NCBI GenBank assembly: GCA_041937175.2
Contig: CP166615.1
Coordinates: 1,984,001-2,048,000 of the forward strand
Length of the DNA: 64,000 bases
Origin: Limnothrix sp. BL-A-16
GTDB lineage: Bacteria; Cyanobacteriota; Cyanobacteriia; CACIAM-69d
Direction of reading: 5' to 3'
Shown: piece by piece, positions 19,768-31,100 of the stretch
Layout of the letters: every line of letters begins with the position of its first letter
Position numbering within the stretch: position 1 is the stretch's first letter
Translations under genes and position numbers: made by a program
Notes under the pieces: model-generated
Told to the model about the DNA's origin: nothing
What the model saw: the letters and a program-made list of their open reading frames with translations, nothing else
Databases searched by the model: none

Positions 19768-20157
19768 GGCGGGGAAGCCCCAATAGCATTAATCGTTCGT
19801 CAATTGTTCAGCAATCGTTCGGCGCTCTTCTCCAAGCTAGCGAGGAATGGCGCGATCGGGCAAGACAAGAGCAAGATTGGCCGGATAATTAGCCGGATAT
19901 TAATTGGTTGATTGCTTGGTTGATTGCTTGATTTCTCGACTCAACAATAATCTCGAAAAACATTCTTAAAAATATTCCCCAAAAATATTCCCGCAATATG
20001 GCCGCAACATTCCCCAAAAGAGACTCAAGCAACTAGTTCAAAAAATCTTCATCATCAGAATTTCACAAAAAAATGGGCGATCGAGCCGCTTTCATGACCC
20101 GAACGCCCCTCAAAGATAACGATAAAAATCCCTAACGCAATGGTCTAGACCAACTCC

Positions 20158-20985
20158 CTAGCGTCCTGCCAAGCGGGCCAACGCAGCAATTCGGGACTCC
20201 GTGGAAGGATGGGTGGAAAACAAGTTGCGCAACCAGTCTTTGGCGCTGGGGTTAATGATCAGCAAGGGCGAAAAGGCGGGATTGCCCTCCAAACGGGTGG
20301 CATCAGCCATCGTTTCCAAGCGCTTCAGGGCCCGAGCCAAGGCCATCGGATCGCCCGTTAACTCTGCGGCTCCTGCATCGGCCGAGAACTCCCGCGTTCG
20401 GGAAATGCCCAGTTGAATCACCGTGGCAGCGATCGGGGCCAAAAGCATGGCCAACAACCCTGCAAACGGATTGCCCCGATCGCGATCGCCTCCAAACCAC
20501 ATGGCCGCCTGAGCCAAGTAAGAAATTGCGCCCGCAATGGTGGCCGCCACCGCTTGGGTCAGGGTGTCGCGGTTGCGGATATGGCTGAGTTCGTGGGCAA
20601 TCACCGCCGCCAACTCATCTTCCGGCAAAATTTCCAGAATCCCTTCCGTCACAGCCACCGCCGCATGGTGGGGGTCACGACCGGTGGCAAAGGCATTGGC
20701 CATCGGGCTGGGGATGATGTGCAGGGTGGGCACAGGCATTCCCGCGCGATCGCACAGCCGCTCCAACATGGCGTAAAGGTGGGGCGCTTGCGATCGATTC
20801 ACGGGCTGGGCCCCATAGGCCGCCAGAGCGATTTTGTCCGAATAGAACCAGGATCCCAGGTTCATCACCGCCGCCAAAACCAGCCCCAGGAAGGCCCCGC
20901 GCGCACCTCCAAACAAAAGACCGCTGGCAAAAATCAGCAGGCCGCTCATGCTGGCGAGCAAAACCGTGGTTTTTAGTTGATTCAT
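20158..20985 (-). CDS. htpX: Zinc metalloprotease HtpX (M48)
   Basis: NAFATGR, HELSH, SRTREFSAD, FSTHP. Confidence 0.93.
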   Translation of the reverse strand: MNQLKTTVLLASMSGLLIFASGLLFGGARGAFLGLVLAAVMNLGSWFYSDKIALAAYGAQPVNRSQAPHLYAMLERLCDRAGMPVPTLHIIPSPMANAFATGRDPHHAAVAVTEGILEILPEDELAAVIAHELSHIRNRDTLTQAVAATIAGAISYLAQAAMWFGGDRDRGNPFAGLLAMLLAPIAATVIQLGISRTREFSADAGAAELTGDPMALARALKRLETMADATRLEGNPAFSPLLIINPSAKDWLRNLFSTHPSTESRIAALARLAGR

Positions 20986-21181
20986 AGCACCAAACCGAAA
21001 GAAGAAATCGGCATCGGTGTTTGGAGTTTGGAAATCCGAAGACCGGCCGTTGCTTCAATTCTAGGAAGGATTTGGGGATGCGCACGCGGTGGGAATTGCC
21101 CCGCTGGAGGGTGGTTTTCCGCCATTTCCCCGATCGCCCTTAATGGTTGGCATCAGATTCCAGGGACTCTGATCCCACTGC

Positions 21182-21256
21182 CTATCGCCAAATGGTAGGA
21201 ACAAGGGGCTTAAGCTATCGCCAGATGGTAGGGACAAGGGGCTTAAGCCCCTTGTC
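21182..21256. repeat. REP-like hairpin with a 33-bp tandem duplication
   Basis: CTATCGCCARATGGTAGGRACAAGGGGCTTAAG twice (21182, 21215); the second copy completes the palindrome. Confidence 0.8.
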
Positions 21257-21348
21257 TGGGGCTGTTAGGCTCAGAGAATCAACCGCTCCAACCCTGGTCA
21301 CTCACATTGGTTGACAAGCCTCCAGAGTCCTAGGGGCTAAATCACGGT

Positions 21349-24132
21349 TCAGGAAGCCTTGCGGCGAGTGCTACTCGATCGGGTCGATCGGGTGGTTTCG
21401 CCTTCCGGGGCCTTGTCCTCAGTGGTTTTGGCTTTGCGGGTGCGAGTGGTTTTGGGAGCTGTTTCTGAGGCTGCTTCTGTGTCTGCGGTTTTGGCCTTGG
21501 TGGTCTTGCTGGTGGTTTTACCCGTGGTCTTGCTAGCGGTTTTTGTGGTCTTGCCAGTGGTCTTACGGGCGGTCTTTTTCTTGCTGCCCGCTTTGGCCGC
21601 CAATAATTCCAGTGCTTCCGGCAGGGTCAGGCTCTCGACGGTTTGCCCTTCTGCCAATCCCGCATTCACCTTGCCGTGTTGAACGTAGATGCCATAGGGC
21701 CCCTGATACAAGTTCACCGGTTCGTTGTCGTCCGGGTGAGGGCCCAACTCGCGAAGCGGGGTTTTCTGTTTGCGGCTGCGGCTGGCCTTGGGTTGGGCCA
21801 ACAGCTCCAGGGCCCGTTCCAGGGTGATGGTGGTGACATCATCATCGGCCTTGAGCGATCGATAGTCTTGGCCCCCGTCCTTGCCCATGTCGTGAACAAT
21901 GTAGGGGCCAAAGCGCCCAAGACTGGCTTTGATGGGGCGGCCGGTTTCCGGGTGTTGCCCCAACAGGCGCGGCAAAGACAACAGCCCCAAGGCCAGCTCA
22001 AGGGTCAGGTTTTCGGGGGTCACGCCTCGGGGCAAGGAGGTGCGTTTGGGTTTGGGATTTTCGTCAGTCACTTCGCCCAACTGCACGTAGGGGCCATAGG
22101 CTCCCGTCAGCACGTAAATGGATTCGCCGGTTTCGGGATGGTTGCCGATCGAGGCGGGGCCTTCGGTCTTTTGGCGAATCAGGGCGGCAATTTGCTCCGC
22201 GTCTAGATCGGCTGGAGTCAAGTCCTTGGGCAGGGAGGCTTTGATGGTTGCGCCCTGGTCGTCCACGACTTCCACATAGGCTCCGTAGCGCCCGATCCGA
22301 ATATCGGCGTTCAAATCTTCCAAAACGATCGTGCGGGCTTCGGCCGGGTCGATCGCGCTTTCGCGCACCTTCACCTGCGTATCCAGCCCCCCATCGCCCA
22401 GATAGAACTGACGCAGATAGGGCAACCAAGAGGTTTTGCCCGTGGAAATTTCGTCCAGGGTGCGTTCCATTTGGGCTGTGAACCCAAAGTCCACCAGGTC
22501 AGGAAAATGATTTTCCAGAAGACCCGTAACCGCAAAGGCCGTGAAGGTGGGAACCAAGGCATTACCAAGCTGTTGAGCATAGCCCCGATCGACGATCGTG
22601 CCGATGATGCTGGCGTAGGTGCTGGGGCGGCCGATGCCTTCGTTTTCCAGCATTTTCACCAAGGCTGCTTCCGTGTAGCGGGCGGGGGGTTGGGTGTCGT
22701 GGCGCAGGGCTTCCAGGTCTTGGCAATTGACCCGATCGCCCTTGGTCAGCGGCGGCAACAACACTTCCCGATCCTCGATCGCCGCATCGGGATCATCTGA
22801 CCCTTCCACATAGGCTCGGAAAAAGCCCGGGAAATCAATTCGCTTACCGCTGGCCCGAAACTCAGCGTTTTCCACCCGAATTTGGGCCGAAACGAAAGTT
22901 TGGCGCGCATCGGCCATTTGGCAGGCCACCGTCCGTTTCCAAATCAAATCGTATAGTTGCAGTTCCCGTCCGCTGAGGCCCGTTTGTTGCGGTGTGCGGA
23001 ACGTGCTGCCGGCCGGGCGGATTGCTTCGTGGGCTTCTTGGGCCCCCTTGGCCTTGGTGGCATATTGACGCGGTTGGGGACTCAGGTAATTTGCGCCGTA
23101 GAGTTCCGTCACGCAAGCACGGGCCGCCTCGATCGCCTGTTGAGACAGGTGTACCGAGTCGGTTCGCATATAGGTGATGTAGCCCTGCTCGTAGAGACTT
23201 TGGGCCGTGCGCATGGTGTCCCGGGCCGAGAGCCGCAGCTTGCGGTTCGCCTCCTGTTGCAGGGTGGAGGTGGTGAAGGGAGGCGAGGGCTTGCGGGTGT
23301 TGGGTCGCTCCTCAATGTCCACCACCGTCCAATCGCCCGATCGCAGGCGATCGCGCAGGGTTTGGGCCTGCTCTTCATTGAGCAAAACAACCTTTTTACC
23401 CGCCGCGATTTGCCCGGTGGCTTCGTCAAAATCCGCCCCCGTGGCCAATTTTTTGCCATCCAGGGCCACCAACTTGGCTTCAAAGGGGCGATCGTCCAAG
23501 CTGGTCAGCGCCGCCTTCAAGTCCCAATAGGTTCCGGTTTTGAACGCCCGCCGGGCCCGTTCCCGAATCACCAACATCCGCACGGCCACGGACTGCACCC
23601 GCCCTGCCGACAGCCCCGCCGCGATTTTTTTCCACAGCAAAGGCGACAGGGTGTAGCCCACCAAGCGATCGAGAATGCGGCGGGTTTCTTGGGCATGAAC
23701 GAGGTTATCGTTCACCTGGCGACAGTTTTGAATGGCCGATCGAATCGCTTCTTCCGTAATTTCATGGAAGACCATTCGTTTCACGGGCACTTTCGGTTTC
23801 AAAACCTGCAATAAATGCCAGCTAATGCTTTCCCCTTCCCGGTCTTCGTCAGTGGCCAGAACCAATTCATCGGCCAGCTTCAAAGAGTCTTGTAACTCTT
23901 TAACGACCTTTTTTTTGTCCTTGGGAATGACGTAGAGGGGTTCAAAGTTCTTTTCAATGTTGACCCCTAATTGGGCCCACTGTTCGCCCTTAACCGCCGC
24001 CGGAATCTCACTTGCCGATTGGGGCAAGTCGCGAATATGACCCATCGAAGCCGTTACCTGATAGCCAGACGGCAGAAAGTTGCGGATGGTTTTCGCTTTG
24101 GTCGGGGACTCGACAATAACAAGGGTTGTCAT
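21349..24132 (-). CDS. topA: DNA topoisomerase I
   Basis: [36 protein letters not shown]-terminal repeats and a K/T-rich tail. Confidence 0.97.
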   Translation of the reverse strand: MTTLVIVESPTKAKTIRNFLPSGYQVTASMGHIRDLPQSASEIPAAVKGEQWAQLGVNIEKNFEPLYVIPKDKKKVVKELQDSLKLADELVLATDEDREGESISWHLLQVLKPKVPVKRMVFHEITEEAIRSAIQNCRQVNDNLVHAQETRRILDRLVGYTLSPLLWKKIAAGLSAGRVQSVAVRMLVIRERARRAFKTGTYWDLKAALTSLDDRPFEAKLVALDGKKLATGADFDEATGQIAAGKKVVLLNEEQAQTLRDRLRSGDWTVVDIEERPNTRKPSPPFTTSTLQQEANRKLRLSARDTMRTAQSLYEQGYITYMRTDSVHLSQQAIEAARACVTELYGANYLSPQPRQYATKAKGAQEAHEAIRPAGSTFRTPQQTGLSGRELQLYDLIWKRTVACQMADARQTFVSAQIRVENAEFRASGKRIDFPGFFRAYVEGSDDPDAAIEDREVLLPPLTKGDRVNCQDLEALRHDTQPPARYTEAALVKMLENEGIGRPSTYASIIGTIVDRGYAQQLGNALVPTFTAFAVTGLLENHFPDLVDFGFTAQMERTLDEISTGKTSWLPYLRQFYLGDGGLDTQVKVRESAIDPAEARTIVLEDLNADIRIGRYGAYVEVVDDQGATIKASLPKDLTPADLDAEQIAALIRQKTEGPASIGNHPETGESIYVLTGAYGPYVQLGEVTDENPKPKRTSLPRGVTPENLTLELALGLLSLPRLLGQHPETGRPIKASLGRFGPYIVHDMGKDGGQDYRSLKADDDVTTITLERALELLAQPKASRSRKQKTPLRELGPHPDDNEPVNLYQGPYGIYVQHGKVNAGLAEGQTVESLTLPEALELLAAKAGSKKKTARKTTGKTTKTASKTTGKTTSKTTKAKTADTEAASETAPKTTRTRKAKTTEDKAPEGETTRSTRSSSTRRKAS

Positions 24133-24600
24133 GGATGGCGGAGGGCTGACCCGGTATTCCTAATATATAGATAGATCGAAACTTGGATAGATGACAGCGC
24201 GATCGCGGTCACAGGCTGAGGCGGACGACGCGATCGGGGCAAAACGGACGATCGAAGTGGCTGCAAAGACTAGCCGTAAAGACTAATTGGACAGAGTGGA
24301 AGAAATTTCGGGAAATGTCAAGTCGCGATCGCTTCGGTGACAAGATTGGCCCGCTTGGATGCATGGTCGCGGCCATTGACCCGGCTTTTTGCCCACAGGC
24401 GGCCGTTTGCTCACGATCGACTGTGGATCCTCTTCGGCCCAGGCCACAACACTAACCCTGAATCCCTGAATGGTCGTCGCCATCATAGAATGGATCCCTT
24501 GGACTTCAGCATTTCAGCAAATTGGGTGGGATTGCCTTGCCGTTTGCTTCCCACTCAATTGCGCTCAATTTTCATCACGATCCAAGGGAGAACACCCACC

Positions 24601-25344
24601 GTGACATCCTTAGCTGCCCCCGCCATTGACCTTAACAGTTTGGCTCAGGAATTAGAGAATGAAAGCCCCCAAAAAATTCTCGATCGGGCCCTGAGTTTGT
24701 ATGACAATATGGCCATTTCCTTCAGCGGCGCTGAGGATGTGGTTTTGATTGATATGGCCCATCGATTGGGCAAGCCCTTTAAGGTGTTTACCCTGGACAC
24801 GGGGCGGTTACATGCGGAAACCTATCAACTGCTCGATCGCGTTCGTCAACGCTACAACATCTCGATCGATGTGATGTTTCCCGATGCGGCGGCCGTGGAA
24901 GCATTGGTGAACGCCAAGGGGCTATTTAGCTTCTATGAAGATGGCCATAAAGAGTGCTGTGGCATCCGTAAGGTTGCCCCCCTGCGCCGTAAATTAGCCA
25001 CCTTGGATGCTTGGATTACGGGGCAACGGAAAGATCAAAATCCCGCCACTCGGGATAGTGTCCCGATCGTGCAAGTGGATGGTGGATTTTCCACACCCGA
25101 CCATCAATTGGTGAAATTTAATCCGCTGGCTAATTGGTCTTCCAGCGATGTTTGGATGTACATTCGCGCCTATGAAGTGCCCTATAACGCACTTCATGAA
25201 AAGGGCTTTATCAGCATTGGCTGTGAACCTTGCACCCGGCCCGTATTACCCAACCAACATGAGCGGGAAGGTCGCTGGTGGTGGGAAGACGCGGGCAAAA
25301 AAGAATGCGGTCTCCATGCTGTGAACTTGAACGAGCAAAAGTAG
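24601..25344 (+). CDS. cysH: CysH-family reductase with 4Fe-4S motifs (APS reductase type)
   Basis: [36 protein letters not shown] start at 24601. Confidence 0.9.
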   Translation: MTSLAAPAIDLNSLAQELENESPQKILDRALSLYDNMAISFSGAEDVVLIDMAHRLGKPFKVFTLDTGRLHAETYQLLDRVRQRYNISIDVMFPDAAAVEALVNAKGLFSFYEDGHKECCGIRKVAPLRRKLATLDAWITGQRKDQNPATRDSVPIVQVDGGFSTPDHQLVKFNPLANWSSSDVWMYIRAYEVPYNALHEKGFISIGCEPCTRPVLPNQHEREGRWWWEDAGKKECGLHAVNLNEQK

Positions 25345-25394
25345 GCTAGTAGCTCCAGCGATCAGTACAGCCAAAACGGATGCAACCCTAACAG

Positions 25395-25436
25395 ACAAGG
25401 GGCTTAAGCCCCTTGTTCCATAGCTTAAGCCCCTGA
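25395..25436. repeat. REP-like palindrome plus a duplicated half
   Basis: ACAAGGGGCTTAAGCCCCTTGT followed by GCTTAAGCCCCT, between convergent genes. Confidence 0.8.
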
Positions 25437-25563
25437 TCCCATCAGTTAAGTTTGTGTTGGTTCGTGTTAGCTGGCCGCTATTGGTTCCGGTTAATTCCGG
25501 TTAGTTGACCGTTATTCGTATTGGTTGATGATTGGTTGAAGTTAGTTGACCACGGGTTGCAGG

Positions 25564-27333
25564 CTAACTTTTAAAAGCAGCAGCCGGTGCGCCCCAAGTG
25601 GGCAACAATTGAGCAGCCCGATCGCGCGAGAATTCAGCGATCGCATCCCAAGCCGTATCCAACGCCACTTGCATCAGGCGGCTGGGTTCCAAGTCATCCT
25701 TCACCAAATCCCACAGGCGCTGCAATTCAGCCCCATGGAGGCGATCGTCTTCCACCAGGGCCAGCAACAACCGTTGGCGCAGCAATTGCCCCTCTTCTGA
25801 CATCAAATAGCGCAATCCCAAACCAGCGGTGGGAACCAGGTCAAACCCGGAATCTGAACGGGCGATCGCCAGCATATTTTCCAGGCGCGTCCATTGAAAT
25901 TTGCCATCTTCAAACAGCACTTCAATCAGACGGCGACGCAGTTGGGGCGATTCCCCCATCAACAACCGTCGCGCCACATAGGGATAGGCAATTTCCAGAA
26001 TCTTGAACTGAGGATTCAGACTCAGGGCCAAGCCCTCTTGGGTGACGAGCGATCGAATAATCAACGCAAATTTGGCCGGCACTCGGAACGGATAGTCATA
26101 CATCAATTCCGAGAATCGATCGGTGACGGTTTTGAAGTTGAAGCTGCCCACATTCCGCCCGATCGCCTCGCCCAAAACCGACTCCAGCGCCGGAATGATC
26201 GGACGAATATTCGTATTCGGAGCCAGGAAGCCGAGGCGCACAAAATCCCCCGCCAATTCCTCATACTTCCGGTTCAACAAATGCACCACCGAATCCACGA
26301 TCGTTTCCTTGGTGGATTCGTTTAACTGATCCATCATCCCAAAATCAATGTAAGCCATTCGACCATCGCGCATGGCAAACAGATTTCCCGGGTGGGGATC
26401 CGCATGGAAAAAGCCAAATTCTAGGAGCTGTCGCAGGCCAGACGTGACCCCAATTCCGATCAAAGAATCCCGATCGAGGCCCGCTTCCCGCACCGAGTCC
26501 GTGTTGGTCAGTTTTAAGCCATCAATCCATTCCAACGTCAGCACCCGATGGCTGCTGTAGTCCCAGTAGATCACTGGCACTTTGACCGTGGGATCGTCAC
26601 GGAAATTTTCACCAAATCGCTCGGCGTTGCGTCCTTCGTTTTGGTAATCAATTTCTTCAAACAGTTTGCTGCCAAACTCATCCACAATCAGGGTCAAATC
26701 ATGGCCCAAATTGAGCGGCAACCAAGGAGCGGCCCAACTGGCACACCAGCGAATTAAATACAAATCAAGGGTCAAGGTTGGCAGCAGATTCGGCCGCTGC
26801 ACTTTCACGGCCACGTCCTCGCCGCTGTAGAGCTTGGCGCGGTAGACCTGTCCCAAGCTGGCCGCCGCGATCGGTTCGGGGGAAATTTCGCGGAAGATGT
26901 CCCGCAAGGGGCGATCCAAGTCCGCTTCAATGATGCTGAAAGCCAGTTCCGTCGAAAACGGCGGGAGCTGATCCTGAAGTTTTTCGAGTTCCGCCAAATA
27001 ATCCACCCGCACCAGATCGGGCCGAGTGGACAGGGCTTGCCCAACTTTGATGAAGGTGGGGCCCAGGTGGATCAAAATCTGACGCAGTTGCTCGGCTCGC
27101 TGACCCAATTGGTCATCCCGCTCGCCCCATAATTGATCGCCTAACCAGCCAAACACGAATGCAGCACTGAACCAAGCAATTTGCAACAGCCGCAAGATGC
27201 CAATCCAAGGTCGCCGGCCGTAAAATTGGGCAACTTCCTTGGGATCGTAGCGACGGGCGCGATTGCTGGTTGTGCCAGCGCGCAAATCTTCCAAAAGAAC
27301 CGAAGTGGCGTTCACGCTAGCAGCCTCAACCAA
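25564..27333 (-). CDS. ABC1/UbiB/AarF atypical kinase
   Basis: GPTFIKVGQ, AAASLGQV, VAVKVQRP, FFHADPHPGN, IDFGM. Confidence 0.93.
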   Translation of the reverse strand: MVEAASVNATSVLLEDLRAGTTSNRARRYDPKEVAQFYGRRPWIGILRLLQIAWFSAAFVFGWLGDQLWGERDDQLGQRAEQLRQILIHLGPTFIKVGQALSTRPDLVRVDYLAELEKLQDQLPPFSTELAFSIIEADLDRPLRDIFREISPEPIAAASLGQVYRAKLYSGEDVAVKVQRPNLLPTLTLDLYLIRWCASWAAPWLPLNLGHDLTLIVDEFGSKLFEEIDYQNEGRNAERFGENFRDDPTVKVPVIYWDYSSHRVLTLEWIDGLKLTNTDSVREAGLDRDSLIGIGVTSGLRQLLEFGFFHADPHPGNLFAMRDGRMAYIDFGMMDQLNESTKETIVDSVVHLLNRKYEELAGDFVRLGFLAPNTNIRPIIPALESVLGEAIGRNVGSFNFKTVTDRFSELMYDYPFRVPAKFALIIRSLVTQEGLALSLNPQFKILEIAYPYVARRLLMGESPQLRRRLIEVLFEDGKFQWTRLENMLAIARSDSGFDLVPTAGLGLRYLMSEEGQLLRQRLLLALVEDDRLHGAELQRLWDLVKDDLEPSRLMQVALDTAWDAIAEFSRDRAAQLLPTWGAPAAAFKS

Positions 27334-27422
27334 CCTAAAGCCGGTATTTATTTTAGCTGTAGCACCCGTATAGGAAACTACAAAAATCGAAAAACAATCA
27401 AAGCTTTTCGTTACACCCAGCT

Positions 27423-27700
27423 TGGGGAGTCGTCAAATCGCCTGAAACCCTGATGCTGCCGTTGCCGGATCGTGGGGGGCAAGGGGCTTAGGGCCTGTCG
27501 TCATTTAGCCCAAGGCCCTAGAGCTGCCGTTGCCGGATCGTGGGGGGCAAGGGGCTTAGAGCCTGTCGTCATTTAGCCCAAGGCCCTAGAGCTGCCGTTA
27601 GCGGATCGTGGGGGGCAAGGGGCTTAAGCCCCTTGTCTTCATTGGTCGGTGAGAGAAAAAGGTAGAAAGGTAGAACAGTTTCGGCTTTTCAGGCATCCTC
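27423..27700. repeat. Three tandem 68-bp family-B half elements ending in a family-A terminus
   Basis: GCTGCCGTT recurs at 27455, 27523 and 27591; array ends CTTTTCAGGCATCCTC|TTA. Confidence 0.8.
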
Positions 27701-27901
27701 TTAGGAAGTTTAGATCGCCCGTGGAATTGGTGTTGCCATGGAGCGGCCCTGGGGATGATTACGACCGATCGCCCCCGATCGTTCCGAAAATGGGGTGTTT
27801 CAGCTCTTGCACCGCTGCCCGATCGAGGCTGATGAGCGAGCACTGGCAAACCAGCTCCCCATAGAAGTTCAAAAAATGTTCAAAAAATTTTGCCAAATGA
27901 C

Positions 27902-27930
27902 TTGAGCAATTGCGGTCACCATGCTAATCT
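27902..27930 (+). promoter_or_regulatory. Putative tRNA promoter
   Basis: TTGAGC-17 bp-TAATCT preceded by an A/T-rich tract. Confidence 0.5.
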
Positions 27931-27963
27931 TTGATTCTGCAAAGGTGGAAACGCACTGAGCGC

Positions 27964-28035
<72 letters not shown>

Positions 28036-28051
28036 TCTAAGTAAGTTTGAC

Positions 28052-28080
28052 ATAGGCTCAGCAGGGCTTGATGAGCCTAT
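28052..28080. terminator. Hairpin between tRNA-Val and the convergent chelatase gene
   Basis: ATAGGCTCA...TGAGCCTAT, 9-bp stem. Confidence 0.45.
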
Positions 28081-28169
28081 CTGATCGAGACTATTAAGGG
28101 CAAATCATGCAGCTCCGGGCTGATCAGCCAAGTATTCGGTAACTTGGCCCACATCCAAGATTGAGTGAC

Positions 28170-31100
28170 TTATGGATTGGTCACCCCCTCCAAAGTCGCG
28201 TCGGTTTCGTCGTAGAGGGCTTGCAGTTGACTAACCACGGACTCATCGGCGGCCCAAAATCCACGGCCATTGGCTTCCAACAGACGACCAATAATGTTGC
28301 GGAAGGCTTCCGGATTGGCGCGGCGCAGGCGATCGGCCATGGCGCGATCGAGGGCGTAGGTTTCGGCGGCTCCGTCATAGACCCAGCGATCGGCAAAATC
28401 CGTCGTGCCGCTCCAACCCAACAGGGCCGTCATCCGTTGGGAAATTTCAAAGGCTCCGCCGGAACCCTGAGCGGCCATAGCTTCCGCCCACTTGGGATTC
28501 AGCAATTTAGTACGATATTCCAACCGCAAGAGGCTGTTTAAATCGCGGGGTTGGGTATTTTTGCCGAAACTTTCCACAAAACTTGCGGTGACGGGCCGCT
28601 GTTGCCGTTGTTCGGCGGCCCGCTTCAAGGCTCCGGTGTTGGCGTAATATTCCTGGATATCCGTCAGGCCATATTCCACGGAGTCGATTTCCTGAACAAT
28701 GCGCTCGGTGGTAGCCAAGAGCCGATCGAGCACTTCTGGGCGGGCTTGCCCCCGATCGCGCCGACCGTAGCTAAAGGCATTGCGCGATCGCCAGGTTTGG
28801 GCCAGCTCATCACCAGATTCCCAATTCCCATCATTGACGCGATCGTTCACCAAGGAACCAAAATCCCCCGCCGGGTTCGAGAAAAGCCGAGCGCTGGGAT
28901 TTTCCACCCCTTGGGCCTGAAGTTCCAGAGCATGTTTACGAATGAAGTTTTGTTCGATCGGTTCATCGGCCGCCGCCGCCCGTGCAAACAGATCATCCAA
29001 AAGCTCCAAAATATTGGCGAAACTGTCTCGAAAAATGCCCGATAAATTGGCCAACACATCAATGCGAGGACGGCCCAACTGAGCCAGGGGAATTAATTCA
29101 TAGCGCACAATTCGGCCCGTACCTTCCTTAATCGGTTCTGCGCCCACCAATTCCAACAAAATTCCCAAGGATTCACCCTTAGTTTTGATGGCATCTAAGC
29201 CCCAAAGCATCACGGCAATCGTTTCGGGATAGCTGTCCGGTTCCTGACCATGTTCCTGTTGGTGTTGGGCAATCAGTTGCCGGGCGATCGCCCGGCCCCG
29301 TTCATAGGCTCCTGGGGAGGGCATTCGGTAAGGATCAAGGGCGTGAATATTGCGGCCCGTGGGCAATGCGCCGGGCCCATCGCGCAACAGGTCTCCCCCC
29401 GGCGCGGGCGGAATATATTCCCCATTTAAGCCCCGCAATAGGTTAGTCAGTTCATCGGTATTTTGGTTCAGCAAATCTCGTAAACGAATCGCTTCTTGAA
29501 TCTGTTCTGAGACCTTGGGATCCAACTCAAACGATCGATTGGGATATTCCTGTTGGAACCAATATCGATAGGCATTTAAGGGGCGATCGAGGTCGGATCC
29601 TTGGGCGATCGCTTCCAAGACCGATCGGGGCAAATCCGCCTCAAAATAGGCTTCCAAATAGGACAACAGTTGCTCAGGATTGGGTGCAGTTCCCAACACA
29701 TGTAGCCCACTGGAAAAGAGGCGTTGTTCTAGTTCCTGAAGGTATTGATAGACCCTTGCAAAGTAGCGATCGAGCAAATCGGGGCCAAACAACTTCAGGG
29801 TTTCCGCACTCAGCTCCACCCCCAATTGTTGTGCTTCCGGCAGCGGACAATCCCGATCGAGTCCCGTATCCATTAACCGTTGGGCGATCGCATCCCGTAG
29901 GGCCGTATTCGCCTGCGGATCCTCGCGATATTCCGCAATTAAATCACGCAGATTCACCAATTCCTTATACAACCCCGCTCGCCCATAGGGAGGCACATTG
30001 TGGGAAACCAACACCCCATAGCCCCGGCGTTTTGCCAAAATGGACTCCGAAGGATTATTCGCCGCATAGATGTACAAATGGGGCAGATTTCCTAACAAAA
30101 TATCTGACCAGGAATAGCCCGTGTTGCCCAAGGGAGATCCCGGCAACCATTCCACAGTTCCATGCATTCCAAAATGGACGATCGCGTGGGGTTGCCAAAC
30201 CCGCTGCAACCATTGATAGAACGCAGCGTATTGGGGATGGGGGGTCAAGTCTCGCTCAAACATCAAGCGCATGGGATCACCTTGCAAACCCAAAGGCGGC
30301 TGCACCCCAATCCAAACATTCCCAAAGTAAACACCCCCAATGTGCAACTCATCCCCAAAGGTTTTAATACCCGATTCCGTGAGACCGCCCCATTGTTTTT
30401 GAATTCGAGAACTGCCGAGATATCCTAACCATTGATCAAGAATTTGAGCCGGAACCCAACCGTCGTTCAAGGGAGCTTGACTGGGTTGTGCTCGATGGGG
30501 ATGCCCCAAAGACCAACGATCGTCGGCGGCTTTCACCTGTTGAATAATTGTTTCGCCGTCGGTGGGCAATTCACCCACGTCATAGCCCTGAGCTTGCAAG
30601 GACTCCAGCAACTTCAGGAGCGATCGGGGAACATTCAACAGGGCCGCCGTTCCCGTTGCACCATACCCCGGCGGAAAGCCATACAAAATAATTGCTAACT
30701 TGCGATCGCGCGGTGGTGTTTTTCGCAGTTGAATCCAATTTTTGATGCGACTGGTTAATCGTTGAACACGCTCTGGAATCAGGTAAATGTCATCTCCAAC
30801 TAAGCCACCCAAGGGCACGGTGTCGATCGCGCCGTCCAACTCCGGCAGGGCATATAGCACCACGCTTTGGAGACCACCAATTCCTTGTCTTGTCCAGGAT
30901 TTTAGGTCTTGAATCAGCAAAGGTGCGGCAACTAAATAGGGCACATTTTTAGCTGCCAAAATTCGTTGGGCCACCGCCACCTGTCGCCCCGCTTCCATGG
31001 AACCAGCGGGGCCGCCCACCAGTGGAAACCCAATCGTGGAAACAATTGCATCCACCAACACCGCATCCGCCGCCAGGGACTTTAATTCCCGATCGCCCTG

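Noticed and set aside
19775..19820. Fur box upstream of FTR1
   Set aside because: Only a weak AT-rich match with no clear palindrome
22957..23814. Long antisense or alternate-frame ORFs (also 4794-5540, 47908-48687, 59317-60018)
   Set aside because: Shadows of real genes in GC-rich DNA, with no motifs
24337..24600. N-terminal extensions in the ORF track (cysH; likewise hflX, dapF, hisIE and the RTX protein)
   Set aside because: Non-conserved-looking sequence upstream of better starts; the dapF extension would overlap hfq
27423..27640. Possible CRISPR array
   Set aside because: Whole 68-bp units repeat with no unique spacers; explained by MITE halves
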